DNA of 64,000 nucleotides from Corallococcus sp. RDP092CA (GTDB lineage Bacteria; Myxococcota; Myxococcia; Myxococcales; Myxococcaceae): NCBI RefSeq assembly GCF_041903675.1, contig NZ_JAYESI010000001.1, positions 32,643 to 96,642 of the forward strand, read 5' to 3'. Shown piece by piece: positions 61,750 to 64,000 of this stretch (position 1 is its first letter; each line of letters starts with the position of its first letter). The notes under the pieces were generated by a model. It saw only the letters and a program-made list of their open reading frames with translations, ran no database searches and was not told where the DNA came from. The position numbers and the translations under genes were made by a program.

Positions 61750-62517
61750 TCAGTGGGGAGCCGCGGGACGGGTGGGTGGCACGCACGTGTTGAGGGAGTA
61801 GGGGCGGCTGCGCGCGCACCAGTCCGGTCGGCCCGCGTCGGTCCAGGAGAGGACGAGGTCCGAGGCACTCCCGCCAGGGATGTCCCCGGGCCAGGTCTCG
61901 ACGGGCTGGAGGCCCTGGTCCGCGCTCCAGCGGTGCAGCTCGATGGGCGGCCCGTCGTGGGTGTTCGCGAGCACGAGCGCCACCGTGTGGTCGGGGCCGC
62001 AGAGGACCCGGGGCACGTGGCGCGAGCCCCGGTAGACAGAGGTGCGGTGGACCTCCGTGCCGTGTTCAAGCCACACGTGCTCCAGGTGGGAGCCTCCGCT
62101 CTCCCCGGTGGCGCCGGAGTCCATCACGGGCACGGAGAGGACGAGCTCCGCGTCGCCGCACCACTCCTGGACGCTGCTTTGCGCGGGCAGCGTCGTGCGG
62201 ACCGCTCCGGAGCGCGTGTCGATGAGCAGGCTGTCCCCCTGCCTCAGGTTCACGAGGGCCAGCTCCCCCTGAGGGCTCGCCGAAGTGGAATAGACGCCCT
62301 CGATGCGTCGGGAGCCCACCGTCATCACGGAGTCCACCCGGCAGGAGGTGTTCTCCCAGTCCAGCCACTGGCAGGTCCTCACGTGCCGGACGACGGCGGA
62401 GCCCACGGCTTCGGTCCTGTCGGACTCCACGCGCCGGCCACATGCCGCCGTGAGCAGCAGGCAGGAGAGGAGGGTGGCGCGGCGCGGGAGGGCCCTGGGA
62501 CGCGAAGGAGCAGGCAT
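61750..62517 (-). CDS. Lipoprotein, hypothetical.
   Basis: Lipobox LLTAACG. Confidence 0.5.
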   Translation of the reverse strand: MPAPSRPRALPRRATLLSCLLLTAACGRRVESDRTEAVGSAVVRHVRTCQWLDWENTSCRVDSVMTVGSRRIEGVYSTSASPQGELALVNLRQGDSLLIDTRSGAVRTTLPAQSSVQEWCGDAELVLSVPVMDSGATGESGGSHLEHVWLEHGTEVHRTSVYRGSRHVPRVLCGPDHTVALVLANTHDGPPIELHRWSADQGLQPVETWPGDIPGGSASDLVLSWTDAGRPDWCARSRPYSLNTCVPPTRPAAPH

Positions 62518-62573
62518 TCGGAGGAGTCTACGGCGGACCGGGGTGCGAAGGCGCGCTGGAGGCCCCGCCGGCG

Positions 62574-64000
62574 CTACTCCTCCACGGCCTCCTGAGGCTC
62601 CTGGAAGTTCACGTCGAAGTTGACGCGCTGGCCGGGCTCGATGGTGAAGGTCTTCTGCCAGTGCGACGGGCCCACGTTGACGTTGAGGCGGTGGTAGCCC
62701 TCGTAGACGTCCAGCTCGTCAACGGGGACGACGCCCACGGGCTTGCCGTCGACGGAGACGTTGGCGCCCGTGGGGCCTCGCACGTTGATGAAGGCCTTGT
62801 TGAGGAAGAACTGGTAGGCCGAGCGGCCCGTGGGAGCCACCGTCACCGTGCGCGACACGGAGATGCCGAGCGCGCCGTTGGTGAACGTCAGCAGGTGCTT
62901 GCCCGGCGGCAGCGACGCGGACAGCGGCGTGCGGCCCAGCAGCGCGTTGTTGAGCGTGACCTCCACGCGGGGCTCCACGGTGAGATCCAGGATGCCCATC
63001 GTCGGGCCCGCGTCCACACCGGCGTCCACGCCCGCATCCTCGATGCCCGCATCCTCGATGCCCGCGTCGAAGGGCTCGGCCACGACGACGGGCAGGCCCG
63101 CGTCGAAGGTCTCCACCGTCATCGTGCCCTGGAGCTGGCGCTGGATGACCACCGCGCCCGCGCCGAGCGTCAGCACGAGCCCGCCCACCACGAACGGCAC
63201 CCACGAACGCGAAGGCTTCTTCGCCGCCACGACCTGCGCCGCGGGGCTCGCCGCTCCACCGAAGATGGGGCCCGCGGGCCGCGTCTCCGTGGAGGCAGGG
63301 GAGGGCGTTCCAGGCGTTGCGCCCTGACCCGCGCCCGGGCTCGCGGTGCTCGGCGCGGCGGTCGGAGCCTGCGGGCCGGGCTTGGCCGTCGAGGCTTGCG
63401 CGCTCGCGAGCGCAGAGGGTGTGGCCTGTGTGCCCTGCGAGGCCTGCACGGGCGCGGAGGGTGCGGCCTGGGTGCCCTGCACCGGCGCGGAGGCCGGGGC
63501 CTGCGTGGAGACGGGCGCCTGCGGCGTGGCACCCACGGGCTGCGCGGGCGCCGGCCTGCTGCCCTCCGCCGAAGAGAGCTCCGGCACCTTGCTCTTCACG
63601 GGCTCGGAGAGCCCCGCGCCGTTCGCGATCAGCTCCGCGATCTGCGGCGCGGGCATGCCCGCCTTCGCCAGCGCCTCCGCGATGCCCTTCTCGATCGTCG
63701 CCCGCCGCGCCGCGCGCGCCTCGGCCTCCGGCGGGAACAGCTTCGCCAGGTGCTCCGCGAACTCCTCGTGCGTCGGCAGCTTGCCCACGGCCTCCACCAG
63801 CGCCTCGCGGAACGCGAGCGCCGACGAGTAGCGCTCCAGCGCGCGCTTCGTCGTCGCGCGCCGCACGACCGCATCCAGCTTCAGCGGCACGTCCGACGGC
63901 ATCGGGGGCAGGGCGCGGTTGAGCACCGCCTTGTCCGGGTCCGCCGACTCCTTGAACGGCATCTTCCCCGTGAGGCACTCGTGCAGCGTGAGCCCCAGCA
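62574..64000 (-). CDS. Ser/Thr protein kinase (only the C-terminal part is in the window) with a Pro/Ala/Gln-rich linker, a TM segment and a periplasmic PEGA domain.
   Basis: The frame stays open to the window edge and encodes a kinase C-lobe (...LTLHECLTGKMPF). TM helix VPFVVGGLVLTLGAGAVVI. PEGA-like repeats follow (VTLNNALLGRTPL, LPPGKHLLTF). DAGIEDAG repeats are present. Confidence 0.8.
   Translation of the reverse strand, partial: LGLTLHECLTGKMPFKESADPDKAVLNRALPPMPSDVPLKLDAVVRRATTKRALERYSSALAFREALVEAVGKLPTHEEFAEHLAKLFPPEAEARAARRATIEKGIAEALAKAGMPAPQIAELIANGAGLSEPVKSKVPELSSAEGSRPAPAQPVGATPQAPVSTQAPASAPVQGTQAAPSAPVQASQGTQATPSALASAQASTAKPGPQAPTAAPSTASPGAGQGATPGTPSPASTETRPAGPIFGGAASPAAQVVAAKKPSRSWVPFVVGGLVLTLGAGAVVIQRQLQGTMTVETFDAGLPVVVAEPFDAGIEDAGIEDAGVDAGVDAGPTMGILDLTVEPRVEVTLNNALLGRTPLSASLPPGKHLLTFTNGALGISVSRTVTVAPTGRSAYQFFLNKAFINVRGPTGANVSVDGKPVGVVPVDELDVYEGYHRLNVNVGPSHWQKTFTIEPGQRVNFDVNFQEPQEAVEE

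Overview
This is a very high-GC (~70%) chromosomal segment with myxobacterial hallmarks: a MYXO-CTERM sorting signal, a PEGA-domain Ser/Thr kinase, many FHA domains, DivIVA, a lipoxygenase and an MbtH-like protein. It is densely coding on both strands. No rRNA, tRNA, CRISPR array or obvious transposase was found. The spurious antisense ORFs are the usual GC artefact.

Main content, left to right:
- 1-6.8 kb: a Tad/Flp-pilus-like secretion module (prepilin peptidase CpaA, secretin CpaC, an FHA-fused CpaF ATPase) embedded in FHA-domain proteins. It ends with a double-FHA membrane protein and closely resembles the Tad-like 'Kil' predation cluster reported in Myxococcus.
- 6.8-9.5 kb: DNA polymerase I.
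- 9.8-30 kb: housekeeping and envelope genes, including DivIVA, a J-domain protein, SpoIIM-like and RDD proteins, a LuxR-type regulator, an MbtH-like protein, a NUDIX hydrolase, a tandem cNMP-binding protein, a DSD1 PLP enzyme, prolyl oligopeptidase and PBP4.
- 30.9-33.1 kb: a clear bacterial homologue of the eukaryotic major vault protein, followed by a TETDAG-repeat lipoprotein and a MYXO-CTERM HExxH protein.
- 36-48 kb: an aromatic amino-acid hydroxylase with a LysR regulator and an SDR, aminopeptidase N, an ArsR-UvrA(class II) pair with a candidate operator palindrome, and a lipoxygenase.
- 49-57 kb: an accessory-looking stretch of small secreted proteins, two decayed genes, a deoxyhypusine-synthase-like gene, and a lower-GC gene whose product ends in a FYVE-like zinc finger.
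- 58-64 kb: a GH15 hydrolase, an aldo-keto reductase, a membrane protein with L7/L12 C-terminal-domain-like repeats, a lipase-like hydrolase, and the 3' part of a Ser/Thr kinase that runs off the window.

All assignments come from reading motifs in the supplied translations. No database search was run.
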